Source: a virus
Lineage: Duplodnaviria > Caudoviricetes
Length of the DNA stretch: 39,314 nt
Virus record (IMG/VR): IMGVR_UViG_3300033067_000415
Coordinates: 1-39,314 of that record
Strand: one strand, 5' to 3'
The notes beneath the pieces were generated by a model, which did not search any database, was not told where the DNA came from, and worked only from the letters and a program-made list of their open reading frames with translations. Both the position numbers and the translations under genes were made by a program. Of this stretch, positions 23,422 through 33,526 are shown piece after piece (position 1 is the first letter of the stretch; each line of letters begins with the position of its first letter).

Positions 23422-23799
23422 TTAACTCGGAGGGACAGGCCAGACGGGATACCGAGGATCAGGGGTGTGCTCAGGAAGATCTCGCAATTCTTGACGATAC
23501 GCGGCCCAAGCTGTGCGATCCACGGGTGCGTCAGGAACCTGCGTCCAGTCGCAGGCGTAGAGTCGTCTGGAGCGCTCGTCTCTGAACACAATCTCCGCCG
23601 CATCGATCTCCTGCGCCGTAATCTCTGCCTCTGTCTTACTGACCGCAGCGCCGTTCACGACCTTATGCGTCGTGGAGTCGAAAGCTCCGTCCACCCACCC
23701 GTAGTCTGGCTCGTCGGGAAACACGACAGCCCCCTCGGTTCCAGACTGAGTGAAGACAATTTCCCCGGTGTCGATTCTGTATCTTGTCTTAGTGATCAT
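23422..23799 (-). CDS. Tail fibre assembly chaperone
   Basis: R.ER...L..CDWTQ.PDAP....W..YRQ.LRDLP......WP.PP. Confidence 0.88.
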   Translation of the reverse strand: MITKTRYRIDTGEIVFTQSGTEGAVVFPDEPDYGWVDGAFDSTTHKVVNGAAVSKTEAEITAQEIDAAEIVFRDERSRRLYACDWTQVPDAPVDRTAWAAYRQELRDLPEHTPDPRYPVWPVPPS

Positions 23800-26700
23800 C
23801 GCTTTGATTGCAATCCAAAGAGTGTCATGTTGCTCGCGACCTGATTGTTGAACGAAGTCACGACAACGAGTGCAATGACGTTCGTTCCGTCTACACCCGT
23901 TCCGGTGGCGAGCAGAGTGATCGGAGTGTAGTCGAGGTTAGAAGAACTTCCCAGAATCGCAACACCGTTGAGATACATATACACGCTGACGTAATAGTCA
24001 TTTCCACTGGAACTTCTGCTCCCCTTGTACATTCCATAGCTACCGATAATGATCGGCTGCCCCGCGATACCACTCATGTACAGAGTGATGTATGTAATCG
24101 TAGACGCAGATCCGATCAGACCTCCGGCAGCAGAGCCACTGACTGCGACAGTCGCAGCATTGTAAGATATCTTCTGAGTTCCGACGGTAAGATCAGCAAT
24201 CTTGGCGCTGTCGACCTCCAGATTGCCTATCTTGGCATTGGTGATAGCAGCGTCCTGAATCTTAGCTGCCGTGACCGCCGCATTCCCGATCTTCGCGTTA
24301 GTGATTAGAGCGTCGCCAATCTGAGCCGAGCTGGTGATGATGCCACTCGTCGCAAGCAGACCACCAGTGATCGTATTCGCGACGATTCGGTCGCCCGTGA
24401 TGGTGGCGGCAGCAATCTCGGCCGCAGTCACGGCATTGGCTGCAATCTTCGGAGTAGTGATCGCGTCATTCGCAATCTTCGTCTCAGTGATTGATCCATC
24501 TGCGACGTTAGCGACTACGAGAGTCCATGCCGTTCCTGTCCACTGATACAGCTTTCCGTCAGTCCTGTTGTAGATCTTCTCCCCGACGAAGCCGCCGGAG
24601 CCTGGAATGGATGTCACGTCCTTGATTGCGTACAGACCCTGCGCCGTGAAGAGACTGTAGATCCCGTTGGAGAAGTCATCATTGTCGATGAACGCAGTAG
24701 TCGCACTCACGACAGCCGTGAATGCGGACACGTTTCCGGACGTATCGACAGACTTGAGCCAGTAATACTTCGTGACGCTTGGATCGAGATTACTGCGAAC
24801 GAAGTTAGACCCGAATGACGACGAAATCTGAGTAGCAGTTCCGGAGTTGTTCGACGAGTTCTCCCAGACCTGAATGTAGGAGAAATCTGCGTCTGCCGGA
24901 TTGGTCCAGCGCAGCGTGATGTATCCGAATGCTCCGGTCGCGCTGATTCCAGTCGGAAGGGCGGGAGGCGTGGTGTCCTTGCCAACCGTGACGCTCGCTG
25001 CGACGAACGGTCCTCGGAAGCCGTAGATGTTAATAGATCTGACGCGAACATCGTAGACGGACTGATTTAGAACAGAGCCGATGACGTAGGACGTTCCGTC
25101 AACCACTGCGGAGAAGTAATTCGTGTCGGACGACAGCTTCCACTGAATCTCGTAGGAACGAACGAACTGATCCACTGACGCGGGCCACGACGCTGCGATA
25201 GAGCTGACGTAGGATCCGTCTGCCGCGAACTGCACTCGAGGAGTCAGCGTCAGCGACGCCGGAGCATTCGACAAGAAAGGAGACGGAAGAGTCGTGTTGT
25301 TGAGCTCGAAGTTGGACGCAGTCTCGGCTCCGAAGACCGCCGTGCTGATCTCGCGAAGCGTGACTTTCGTGTACAGAGACATATCCTCGGAAATACCGAG
25401 AGACCACGCGACGACCTCGAACCTCTTGTTCGTCCAGCCGAACCGAGCATTCGAGAACAGAATCTCGTCACCGACGGTAATCAGTAGACCGCGCAGATCG
25501 AAGTTGACTGCGATGGTGAGCTGCTCGCGCACCCTTCGGAGAGCCACCTGTCCGATGCGCTGGCACGCTGTCGGACTCGTGGTGAATCGCAGAGGCACGT
25601 CCATGACGTTGGGTCGGCCATTGTCCGCACCGAGGAATGTGTCGACTGTTCCCGTTCCGACACCCACGGCAGTCGCCACGAAGGTGGTCCCCACCGTGTT
25701 CGACGCAGCTCCGTAGAGAGTAAAGTTGGTCGATCCAAGGCTCGTGATCGTATAGCTGAGTCCAACCACCATCTCAGTCGCTAGGGTCGTATCGCGAACG
25801 AGCGGATAGTCTGTGACCTCCCACTCCGTGCTAGCTCCGGCGAACGTTCCGCGAACAGCGTTGAAGTTTTCTCTGCGAGAGTGGCGCGTCGCAGTCTGAA
25901 TGCCGCCGCGAACGTCGTCCTCGTTGAAGGAAAGAGTCGCGGTTGCCGATGCTCCGGGCTTCATGCACCACAGACCGCCCGAGTACCACACCATCCCCGC
26001 CATCGCTGTCACGAGATCGCGAAGAAGCGACGCAGGTTCCTCCGAGGTCAGGAACGCGCCGTTGGTGGAGTATCGAGCTTCGGAGCTCACAGTCTGAGCG
26101 CAGACGTTGGCGGCTGCTGCGACGTGAGTGTCGCTGATGCGCGAGCCGCTCTGGTTCAGACCGTAGTCCGACGCGAAGTAGTCGCGAATGCAGAGTGCAG
26201 AGTTGCTCGAGAACTGCCAAGTTGCCGGATTTGTCTGACGATGGGTAGAGACGCCGAGGGAGGAGTCGTAGGCGGGGGAGGTAGAGTCCTTGCGAGGGTC
26301 GTACAGCTTCTTTCCGCGAACGACTGCGGACACTGCGGGAAGACCATTCGGATATGCGTCGGCATTGTACTCGAAGCGAACGTACAGATATGCCAGACCC
26401 TGGAGTCTGTGCGCCGAGGTCCACTTTCCGTCCACCAGAGCAGCGGTCTCGGAGACGAGGTCTGCGTCTGCCGTCTGAGTCGCTGTTCCGAGGTAACTCT
26501 TAATTCTCACGAGTCCCGCGTACCGCGCGGGCGCGGTAACCATGCCAGCACCGTCCAGAGTAACAGCATCCTCCCCGACGTAGATCGTCTGATACGAGTC
26601 TATCTCGTGACCTGAGAACGCCAGCACTCTGTGAAGATACTTATTGTCTGTTCCTGTTGTCGTGTCGTAGACTCGAGCTCCGCCGACCCTTGTCTCCCCG

Positions 26701-26951
26701 TAGATGATCTGATGGTCAAGAGCCGCGCCGCTCTGTCCATTAATCGCGAAACCCTTGTTCGACATGGACGACATATTTGGCTTCGGAGTCAGCGCATTCA
26801 GCGCAGCACCCATCGCGGTTCCGACAGCAAAGCTCGCGGCAACGGCGGCAATGCCGCTGAGTCCAAGGAACGTGAAGGCTGTTCCGGCAGCGAGGGCTGT
26901 GGCGTATGCCGTTCCAGTCGAGATCGCTGCTACGACGGCAGAAATAGCCAT
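23796..26951 (-). CDS. Tail tip / central fibre protein (lambda J-like) with FN3 domains
   Basis: IIYGETRVGG, HRL.G.AY.Y, V.GKK.YDPR, N.ALCI.DY, FN3-like segments and 10-aa IT..KI repeats. Confidence 0.9.
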   Translation of the reverse strand: MAISAVVAAISTGTAYATALAAGTAFTFLGLSGIAAVAASFAVGTAMGAALNALTPKPNMSSMSNKGFAINGQSGAALDHQIIYGETRVGGARVYDTTTGTDNKYLHRVLAFSGHEIDSYQTIYVGEDAVTLDGAGMVTAPARYAGLVRIKSYLGTATQTADADLVSETAALVDGKWTSAHRLQGLAYLYVRFEYNADAYPNGLPAVSAVVRGKKLYDPRKDSTSPAYDSSLGVSTHRQTNPATWQFSSNSALCIRDYFASDYGLNQSGSRISDTHVAAAANVCAQTVSSEARYSTNGAFLTSEEPASLLRDLVTAMAGMVWYSGGLWCMKPGASATATLSFNEDDVRGGIQTATRHSRRENFNAVRGTFAGASTEWEVTDYPLVRDTTLATEMVVGLSYTITSLGSTNFTLYGAASNTVGTTFVATAVGVGTGTVDTFLGADNGRPNVMDVPLRFTTSPTACQRIGQVALRRVREQLTIAVNFDLRGLLITVGDEILFSNARFGWTNKRFEVVAWSLGISEDMSLYTKVTLREISTAVFGAETASNFELNNTTLPSPFLSNAPASLTLTPRVQFAADGSYVSSIAASWPASVDQFVRSYEIQWKLSSDTNYFSAVVDGTSYVIGSVLNQSVYDVRVRSINIYGFRGPFVAASVTVGKDTTPPALPTGISATGAFGYITLRWTNPADADFSYIQVWENSSNNSGTATQISSSFGSNFVRSNLDPSVTKYYWLKSVDTSGNVSAFTAVVSATTAFIDNDDFSNGIYSLFTAQGLYAIKDVTSIPGSGGFVGEKIYNRTDGKLYQWTGTAWTLVVANVADGSITETKIANDAITTPKIAANAVTAAEIAAATITGDRIVANTITGGLLATSGIITSSAQIGDALITNAKIGNAAVTAAKIQDAAITNAKIGNLEVDSAKIADLTVGTQKISYNAATVAVSGSAAGGLIGSASTITYITLYMSGIAGQPIIIGSYGMYKGSRSSSGNDYYVSVYMYLNGVAILGSSSNLDYTPITLLATGTGVDGTNVIALVVVTSFNNQVASNMTLFGLQSKR

Positions 26952-27412
26952 CAGTTCCCTCCGATGTACTTTCCGTAGACTCTCTCAGTGAGACTGAATC
27001 CGAGCCTCTCGAGGACTGCGTCGAACGGCCTGTGAGCCTTCGTGTTAATTAGTAGCACGGATACCCCGTCATCAGCAAGGCATCTTTCTGCGAACCGAAT
27101 CAGACCTATTCCGGTCCGACCGCGCCTGTAATCCGGACGCAGGTAGATCACGTCGTTGACCGCGAAGACGTGGTCCATGTAGTGAATGTGAGGACGACAG
27201 AACACGATGAAGTATCCCACCAGAACCTGACCGTCCCGCGCTGTGAAGCACTTGAGGATTCCAGACTCCTCGAGCCTGACGTACCCGTCCCAGTCGGGAT
27301 TGAGTCTGATGCGCTCCTTGTTCAGAGCGATCTCTTCCCAGTGATCCTCAACCAGTTTCTTCATCTCGGATGCTATGGTCGCCGTGAACTCTTGCTGGTA
27401 GCTGACTGTCAA
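26951..27412 (-). CDS. GNAT-family acetyltransferase
   Basis: LVGYF, NDVIYLRPDYRRGRTG..LI..AE, LERLGF...E..Y.K; overlaps both neighbours. Confidence 0.85.
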   Translation of the reverse strand: MTVSYQQEFTATIASEMKKLVEDHWEEIALNKERIRLNPDWDGYVRLEESGILKCFTARDGQVLVGYFIVFCRPHIHYMDHVFAVNDVIYLRPDYRRGRTGIGLIRFAERCLADDGVSVLLINTKAHRPFDAVLERLGFSLTERVYGKYIGGN

Positions 27413-27963
27413 GCTGATTTCCTCCCAAAGAAGATTTCTTTATCCTGAAGCGAGGCCACGAACTCTAGGCCCAGATCTCCCGGATAGCGAGTCTGCTGGT
27501 CCTCGTGCGTGAAGCGCCGCACCACGGGACGCTCCAGCAGGACCAGAATATTCTCGACGGAGACCATGATAGCGCAGGTGTCGCCTCTCTCGTCGATGTC
27601 CATCGTATCGATCTCGCCGGAGAACACCTCGACCATGTTCGACGGAGAGCTCACGATGCCGAAGTATATGCGACAGGCGCGACCCTGATACTGAGTCGAC
27701 AGAGCCATCGAGAGATAATTGGACGGAATACCCGTGATGCCGAGCGTGGCTCCCGCAGCCTGAATGTCGCCAGTCTCCTGAATCTCCGACAGAGACAGGA
27801 CGTCCCCGGCCCCGAGGTACACGTTTCCGCTGATCGTAATGTTGTAGTTTCCGGTCCAGAGTCTGAGCGTCTCCGTCGGAAAATACAGCTCGACAGCAAA
27901 GAACGGCTCCACGACAGTTGCCGCAGCGGCATCCTGCATGACTGTTGCCATTGTTCTGGGCAT
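27409..27963 (-). CDS. Minor tail protein (hub / gpL-position)
   Basis: LRLWTG, YLG.G, F.G..D.M, RFT.EDQ...YPGD.G.EFV..LQ. Confidence 0.8.
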   Translation of the reverse strand: MPRTMATVMQDAAAATVVEPFFAVELYFPTETLRLWTGNYNITISGNVYLGAGDVLSLSEIQETGDIQAAGATLGITGIPSNYLSMALSTQYQGRACRIYFGIVSSPSNMVEVFSGEIDTMDIDERGDTCAIMVSVENILVLLERPVVRRFTHEDQQTRYPGDLGLEFVASLQDKEIFFGRKSA

Positions 27964-28583
27964 TATATGACCTCCACGCAGTCGAATGTGATTCCGTAGG
28001 TCGACATCGCGTCAATCTGCCAAGATGAGATGCCGCTCGACAACCTGAATAGACCGACCGTGTTCGAGATTATCACCGCCGCATTGTCTGCCGGAGCAGT
28101 TCGAATCCTCGGCCAGACGTCGATGGTGGCCTGTCCAGAACCGTTTGTCGCCACGTCTGCCAGAACCTTGAACAGTCTCGAGTTGAGGCCAGTTCCGAGC
28201 TGAATATAGTCGCCCGCCTTGAGAAAAGTCGACTGACTCAGACTTCCGCCGTCGATAATCAGCGAGGATCCAGTCTGGTTCGCGCCATTCACGAGCGGAT
28301 TACTCGTGGCGGTTCCCATGACCTGCTTCCGCGCAGGGTCTCCGAGCAGGAACGTACCCGACCGCCCGCGCAGACTCATGAGGAACGCCACCCAAGGCTC
28401 CGAGAACTCCTTCTTGCTCGGAGCCACGGAGACGGAGGCCCGCCAACGCTCCCCCGGATGCTTGAAGACCTGCTGAGAGTACGTGAACGGAGACTCAGAC
28501 ATGGCGTCAGCGTTGTCGGCGTACATCGTGATCTGACTCATACCGATTGTAGTCGGAAGACTCAGTGGATATGTGATAGGCAC
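27963..28583 (-). CDS. Distal tail protein-like
   Basis: SPFT..QQV....GERW.A, W.AFL..L.G..GTF.LGDP, L.AGDY.QLG; directly after the tape measure. Confidence 0.8.
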   Translation of the reverse strand: MPITYPLSLPTTIGMSQITMYADNADAMSESPFTYSQQVFKHPGERWRASVSVAPSKKEFSEPWVAFLMSLRGRSGTFLLGDPARKQVMGTATSNPLVNGANQTGSSLIIDGGSLSQSTFLKAGDYIQLGTGLNSRLFKVLADVATNGSGQATIDVWPRIRTAPADNAAVIISNTVGLFRLSSGISSWQIDAMSTYGITFDCVEVI

Positions 28584-28593
28584 ATTCTTCTCC

Positions 28594-31500
28594 TTAGCCG
28601 AACGTCGACTTCATTGCGCCGCCGCGCTTTCGCGCATCCATTACCGCAGCGGTCGTCATCTTGGAGAGCTGCGGGATCATCTTAGTGATCTCTCTGCGAA
28701 CAGTCTCTGGATCGGATCCATTGACGCTGATGTTGTTGTTCACGGTCACACCACCCACGCCCTCTGCCGAGACACCGAGCCTCCCGTTGGAGCCGCGCTT
28801 GAGCGGGAGGATGCCTTCCGGACCTGCCTCGCCCATCAGACCAGTGTTTCCGCCAGACATCGGGAACGTTGTGGGACCGTCGACCACACCACCGTCCGCA
28901 TACGGCACAACAGAGCCTCCGTAGAACACGTTGCCCATCGCGTTGACCTTTACCGGAGCCCTCGCACCGCCCACGGCGGAGCCGAACGCGCTGAAGGCAG
29001 CACCGAGGATGCCGCCGCCCCCGGCCTGGAACTGTCCAACGATCTGCTGCACCACGATGACGCGATACAGTTCGGCGATGATTGCCCGAGACATGTCCTT
29101 GAAGGCATCGCCGACTGACTTCGTGCCGTCGACGATGGACATGAGAGAGTCCTCGAGCTGGTTCCCGATGAAGTCTCCGAGGCGCTTCATCTCGTCGCGC
29201 TGCTCCACGATTTTGCGGTCAGCCTCGAGCACCGCTGCGGCCTGCTGAATATAGTCCTCGGTGTACTTCTTCTCTCCGCGAGCCACGGCTACGCGAATAT
29301 CGCGCTCGGACTCCGACAGACCGTAGATCTCCTTCTCGATGCGAGCACGCTCGAGCAGTTCAGCGATAGGATCCTTGTCCTTGCTCTTGCTTCCCTTCGA
29401 ATCTTTCTCTGCCTCGCGACGGTCGTCAGTAATCTTCTTGATCTCAGCCTCGAGCTTCGCTTCCTCCGTCTTGGCTGCGATGAAGCTGTCGAGCTCAGTC
29501 TGAGCTCCAGCTCGAATAATCGGCTCAGCCGCTCCGAGGGCGGGGGCAAGTCTGGCTCTCTCGGTGGCGATAGCCGCTGCGAGCGCTGCGTCGGACTCCG
29601 ACTGACCAGCCTGGAGGGCAGCGAGCCTCGCCTGCTTCCCGACATTGCTGAGACCGATGTTGGCGATCTGACCCTGGATTGCCGAAACGAGACCAACGAT
29701 CTGCTCGAACTCGGACTTGGCGCGAGCAGCCTCGGCCGCGAAGTCATTCGCAGCGTTCGTGGCTCCCACCATCTCGTCGTAGTTGTCACGAAGAATCTGC
29801 TTGAGACCCTCCTCGATGTCCAGAGCGTCAACCTTCGCGTAGAACGCCTCGCGGGCCTGCTCCGCCCGCAGGGTCTCCACCCCGAGCGAGTCCTGTCCGT
29901 AGCGAACGATGGCTTCCTGGATTGCAGCCTCGTTCTGCACAGCCACGAGCATATCCTCTCCGGACTTGAGCTCCTTCTGGCGAATAGCCTCAGCCTCCTT
30001 AAGAGCCTCCAGGGTGCGGATGGTCTCCTGCGCGATCTCCTGCGCCTGAGTCTTGAGGTCCTCAGCAGCGTCGGCAGACCCGTTCAGCTCAGCCGTAATC
30101 TCAGCCGAAGCCATGAAGATTTGACGAAGTTGCAGAAGAAGCGCGGCCCCCGGCTTCTGAGTTCCATCCTCTCCGAGAAGAGCATTTCCTTCGGTAGCTT
30201 TTCCGATCATGTCGGAGAGCATCTGGGCAACGCCCTCTACGTCACCACTATTCGCCCGCTCAGTCAGACCGTCGATGTACCCCTGGAACACATCATACCC
30301 GATAGCGAGACCGAGCTCGCCAAAGTTCTCCTGACGCATATTCTCCTTGATTACTTCCATTGGTCTCAGACCCCGCGACATACCCGCAGTGACACCAGCC
30401 AGAGCGTTCTGAACCATGCTCGTGTCGACGAACTCGCTGCGAATCTTGCGAATAGACTCGGAGAGCTTCGCCAGAGCAGCAGCCTTGTCGAGCTCGAGAG
30501 TTGCTCGGGTGACGTCGCGAACCTTCTTCTCGAGGTCTCCGAACTTCTCGCTGAGGTTATCGTCGTCCAGCACGTTCATCGACGAGATATAGTCCCGAGC
30601 CGCCTGATCGAGCGACTGGATGCTGTCCTTCAGAGTGCCTGCACTCTCGGAAGTGAGGTAGAATACGTTCGCCACAGCCGCCGCGATTGCGACGACCGCA
30701 CCGATGGTCGAGCCGATGGCTCCGAACATTCCGAGGAATTGCGGAGCCTGTTGACCGAAGGCGACCAGAGCGCTCGTTCCACCCTGAATCTGCACCGCAA
30801 AGTCTGCGACCTGATAGCCCGCGTTCTGCACGCCGCCCCGCGCCCACCGCTGCCACTGAGTATCGGCCCGGGACATTACCTCCCCGTTCTGGTTGACGAT
30901 GTGACCCATCGACTCCATCTTAGCGCGGACATCGTTCATAATGTCGTTGGCTGCATCCTGCGTCAGGATCTGCCTCTCGACGGCGCGAGTCGTCGTCTTG
31001 ATGGCCTGATCGTACATCTGCTGAGCTTTGATCGCCGGACTGACCTGCGCCCGCAGTCGCTCGACCTCGCCGACGAGTGCAGCGTGAGCCTGCTTGCTCC
31101 GCTCGAGTGCCTGAGTCTCCTCGCGCGTCTGCGCCGCTCGGGCGGAGGTGATGTCCTTAGCGAGCTGAGCCTCCAGGCGCTTCTCAGCCATGATGCGCTC
31201 ATCAACCGTGATGATGTGCTTCATCTCGGCCTGATTCAGAACGTCGATCCCGCGCTGATACTTCTGGTTCGCTGCCTCGATCGGATCGAGGCTGGCTCTC
31301 AGCTCGTCGTAAGCGATCTGAGCGGCCTGAATCGCGCGGGTGTTCTCCGTGAGTGCGCGAGTCTGCGCCTCGAAGTCCTTGGCCCGCTGCGACTCCACCG
31401 TGTTGGACATCTTGTTGGCGAGTTCCTCCATCACGCGAGCTCTCTGCTGCTCGTTGATGATGTTCGCCTCGAGGGCTGCGTCGAGCATCTCGATGTTGCG

Positions 31501-31779
31501 GGAGTACTCGAGCTGAGCTCTGTTCAGCGGATTGAAAGATGCCGCGAGGTCCTGATAGGCTCTCTGCAGACCAGCGGCGGTGCTGACCAGATTCTCGTAC
31601 TCTCTGAGCTCCCGCTGGATCGCCCGCTCCACAGCCTCGGCTGCGCGGATCTCCCGCTGAGCAGCCTCCTCCATGGAGCGAACAGCAGCGTCCCGAGCTC
31701 GAACGAAGCGCTCGACGGCGGCGCTGGCCTCGGCCTCACCCTCAGCTACGAGAATTACGCCGATTTCACCCAGATCCAT
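28594..31779 (-). CDS. Tape measure protein
   Basis: About 1060 aa, helical and Ala/Glu-rich; GYQV.DFAVQ..GG......FGQQ.PQ and C-terminal A.GGVV..PT.F....GLMGEAGPE.I.PL.R. Start re-called to MDLGEIG. Confidence 0.93.
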   Translation of the reverse strand: MDLGEIGVILVAEGEAEASAAVERFVRARDAAVRSMEEAAQREIRAAEAVERAIQRELREYENLVSTAAGLQRAYQDLAASFNPLNRAQLEYSRNIEMLDAALEANIINEQQRARVMEELANKMSNTVESQRAKDFEAQTRALTENTRAIQAAQIAYDELRASLDPIEAANQKYQRGIDVLNQAEMKHIITVDERIMAEKRLEAQLAKDITSARAAQTREETQALERSKQAHAALVGEVERLRAQVSPAIKAQQMYDQAIKTTTRAVERQILTQDAANDIMNDVRAKMESMGHIVNQNGEVMSRADTQWQRWARGGVQNAGYQVADFAVQIQGGTSALVAFGQQAPQFLGMFGAIGSTIGAVVAIAAAVANVFYLTSESAGTLKDSIQSLDQAARDYISSMNVLDDDNLSEKFGDLEKKVRDVTRATLELDKAAALAKLSESIRKIRSEFVDTSMVQNALAGVTAGMSRGLRPMEVIKENMRQENFGELGLAIGYDVFQGYIDGLTERANSGDVEGVAQMLSDMIGKATEGNALLGEDGTQKPGAALLLQLRQIFMASAEITAELNGSADAAEDLKTQAQEIAQETIRTLEALKEAEAIRQKELKSGEDMLVAVQNEAAIQEAIVRYGQDSLGVETLRAEQAREAFYAKVDALDIEEGLKQILRDNYDEMVGATNAANDFAAEAARAKSEFEQIVGLVSAIQGQIANIGLSNVGKQARLAALQAGQSESDAALAAAIATERARLAPALGAAEPIIRAGAQTELDSFIAAKTEEAKLEAEIKKITDDRREAEKDSKGSKSKDKDPIAELLERARIEKEIYGLSESERDIRVAVARGEKKYTEDYIQQAAAVLEADRKIVEQRDEMKRLGDFIGNQLEDSLMSIVDGTKSVGDAFKDMSRAIIAELYRVIVVQQIVGQFQAGGGGILGAAFSAFGSAVGGARAPVKVNAMGNVFYGGSVVPYADGGVVDGPTTFPMSGGNTGLMGEAGPEGILPLKRGSNGRLGVSAEGVGGVTVNNNISVNGSDPETVRREITKMIPQLSKMTTAAVMDARKRGGAMKSTFG

Positions 31780-32128
31780 CCTCGGACTCCTCATTCTTAC
31801 TCAGGTATGCGATGTCGAGGCGCTTGACTGCATCGACCTCCCACGGGGTGAGCGACCATCCCGTCAGACGAGACCAAGACTCGATGTCTTGGTAGCTGAG
31901 AGGGTTCGGACCATTTATACCATAGGACCGTCCACGATGTATAGACAGAAAATGGTCCCAGACGTATCTTACAACGTCCGGAAACTCCGGCAGAGTGAGT
32001 TCGTGAGGCGTGACTCCTGTGACCTTCTCCTCCTGCTCAAGATGCGCCCGCAGTGGGACGCCCTCGACTTCCCTGTCGAGGGCGAACCTGCGCTCAGCAT
32101 ATGAGACGAGTGATCTGGTCAGCTCTTC
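31766..32128 (-). CDS. Tail assembly chaperone extension (gpT-like), reached by -1 frameshift
   Basis: Not in the track; open frame with no ATG. EELTRSL...YVWDHFLSIHRGRSYGINGPNPLSYQDIESW..LTG..L.PWEV..VKRLD.AYL, starting at the slippery site. Confidence 0.85.
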   Translation of the reverse strand, partial: EELTRSLVSYAERRFALDREVEGVPLRAHLEQEEKVTGVTPHELTLPEFPDVVRYVWDHFLSIHRGRSYGINGPNPLSYQDIESWSRLTGWSLTPWEVDAVKRLDIAYLSKNEESEDGSG

Positions 32129-32517
32129 AAAAAAGCCTGCGAGTCCTCCATCTCGACCTCGATCTGCTCGCGCATCCAGGGGAAGCGCTCAAAGATGGAT
32201 CGGATGTTCTCCGGGGTGCATTCCGGGAAGACGCCGTCGAGCTGGATGTTCCAGCTGTCGACGCAGCTGACAACGAGCTCCAGACGGTCTGCGACGATCT
32301 CGGCAGCGGACAGTTTCATCTTGCCACCGCGCTCGGCGCGCTTGAGGCGAGCATTCTGCTGGTTCTGCTGAATCACGCGATAACGCTTGCTGTACTTCCC
32401 GCAGACCGTGACGGTCATGCTGGAGCCATCGTCGTTCTTGAGTTCGATATTCTCTGTGGGGTGGTACAGAGCAACGACCGCAGTCTCGCTCTTCACTTCC
32501 AGTGCGTTCAGGTCCAT
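32119..32517 (-). CDS. Tail assembly chaperone (gpG-like)
   Basis: Start MDLNAL after GGAG; L.HP, G..S..YR, W.REQI; ends AFLKS over T TTT TTG. Confidence 0.85.
   Translation of the reverse strand: MDLNALEVKSETAVVALYHPTENIELKNDDGSSMTVTVCGKYSKRYRVIQQNQQNARLKRAERGGKMKLSAAEIVADRLELVVSCVDSWNIQLDGVFPECTPENIRSIFERFPWMREQIEVEMEDSQAFLKS
32128..32134 (-). promoter_or_regulatory. Programmed -1 frameshift heptamer T TTT TTG
   Basis: X XXY YYZ in frame at the end of the gpG-like gene; the -1 frame stays open for 120 codons. Confidence 0.85.
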
Positions 32518-32602
32518 AGTGTAGTCTCCAGTCGGGTTGTCGGGGGTTGGAGCGGAAGGTTCCCCGACGATAACCTCCCGCTCCGGTATCCTCCGAGGAG
32601 GA

Positions 32603-33514
32603 TCAGGCTGCGTTGGTACGAATGATCTTGAGGTTCGTACCCTCTGCGGCATTGTACTCTGCGCGGAACGGCAGAGTAATCACGCGACCCTGCGGATTGG
32701 CGACGGGAGTAGCGGCCCCGTCGTACTTCACCGAAGGGAAGACAAACTGGTGAGAGTTCGCGCCAGTGCTGTCGTCGACAGTAACGCTGATGGACGAGGA
32801 GGTCTCGTTCAGGAACTTGTCGATGAGAGCCTTGTTCTGGTAGCGAACGGTCATGGTCCCGGTAATCGTCGCGAGACCGTAGTCGACCATCGCAGAGAGC
32901 TGCGAGCCAATGACCGGAACGTTCGCGCGACCGTTGTCGATCGTGAAGTCGAGCGAGGTGACGACACCGAGAGCAGAGCCGCCCTCGAGGATTGCGCCGA
33001 ACGAGTCGAAGGGCTCGTACCCAAGATCTGCGGTGGGTGCAGATCCTGCTACGGAAGTCGTCGCCTGCGTCATGTCGCGACCGATCATGTTGAACGTCGC
33101 CGCGACCATCTGGTCCGGAGCGATGCTCACGTTGAGCGAGTTCACGGTCATGCCCTTGAAGGCCCGATACTGAACGATGTCGAGGGCTTGGTCCTCGATG
33201 GTGAGGTACTTCGTGGTCGTCCCGACCTTCAGCACGTTCGAGGCCCACGTCCCCATGAGTGCAGCCTCGAGGAGCGTGTCGTAGCTGCCGCGACGAAGAT
33301 CGACCTCGATCGAGCCTCCGGCGCTCTTGCTGCCGTGGCGGGAGAAGCGCGGAATGCGGTCACCCTGGATGTCGTTCGACTGAAGAACGGTCTTCGACAG
33401 ATCGAGACTGTGCGTCTTGTACGGAAGTTCGATGAGCGTCGGGGTGGTCGGGGTGGTGCCGTAAACGGTCTCCACCACATATCCGAGGCGGGTTCTGGAG
33501 CCTTGTGCCGTCAT
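32603..33514 (-). CDS. Major tail tube protein
   Basis: AQGSR..L.Y..E..YGTTP, S.DI..DR, RHG....GG.I; lies between the terminator gene and the chaperones. Confidence 0.9.
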   Translation of the reverse strand: MTAQGSRTRLGYVVETVYGTTPTTPTLIELPYKTHSLDLSKTVLQSNDIQGDRIPRFSRHGSKSAGGSIEVDLRRGSYDTLLEAALMGTWASNVLKVGTTTKYLTIEDQALDIVQYRAFKGMTVNSLNVSIAPDQMVAATFNMIGRDMTQATTSVAGSAPTADLGYEPFDSFGAILEGGSALGVVTSLDFTIDNGRANVPVIGSQLSAMVDYGLATITGTMTVRYQNKALIDKFLNETSSSISVTVDDSTGANSHQFVFPSVKYDGAATPVANPQGRVITLPFRAEYNAAEGTNLKIIRTNAA

Positions 33515-33526
33515 GTGTTTCTCTCC

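Noticed and set aside
24190-24520. 10-aa IT..KI repeats in the tail tip protein as a novel element
   Set aside because: This is a common shaft repeat in siphovirus central fibres.
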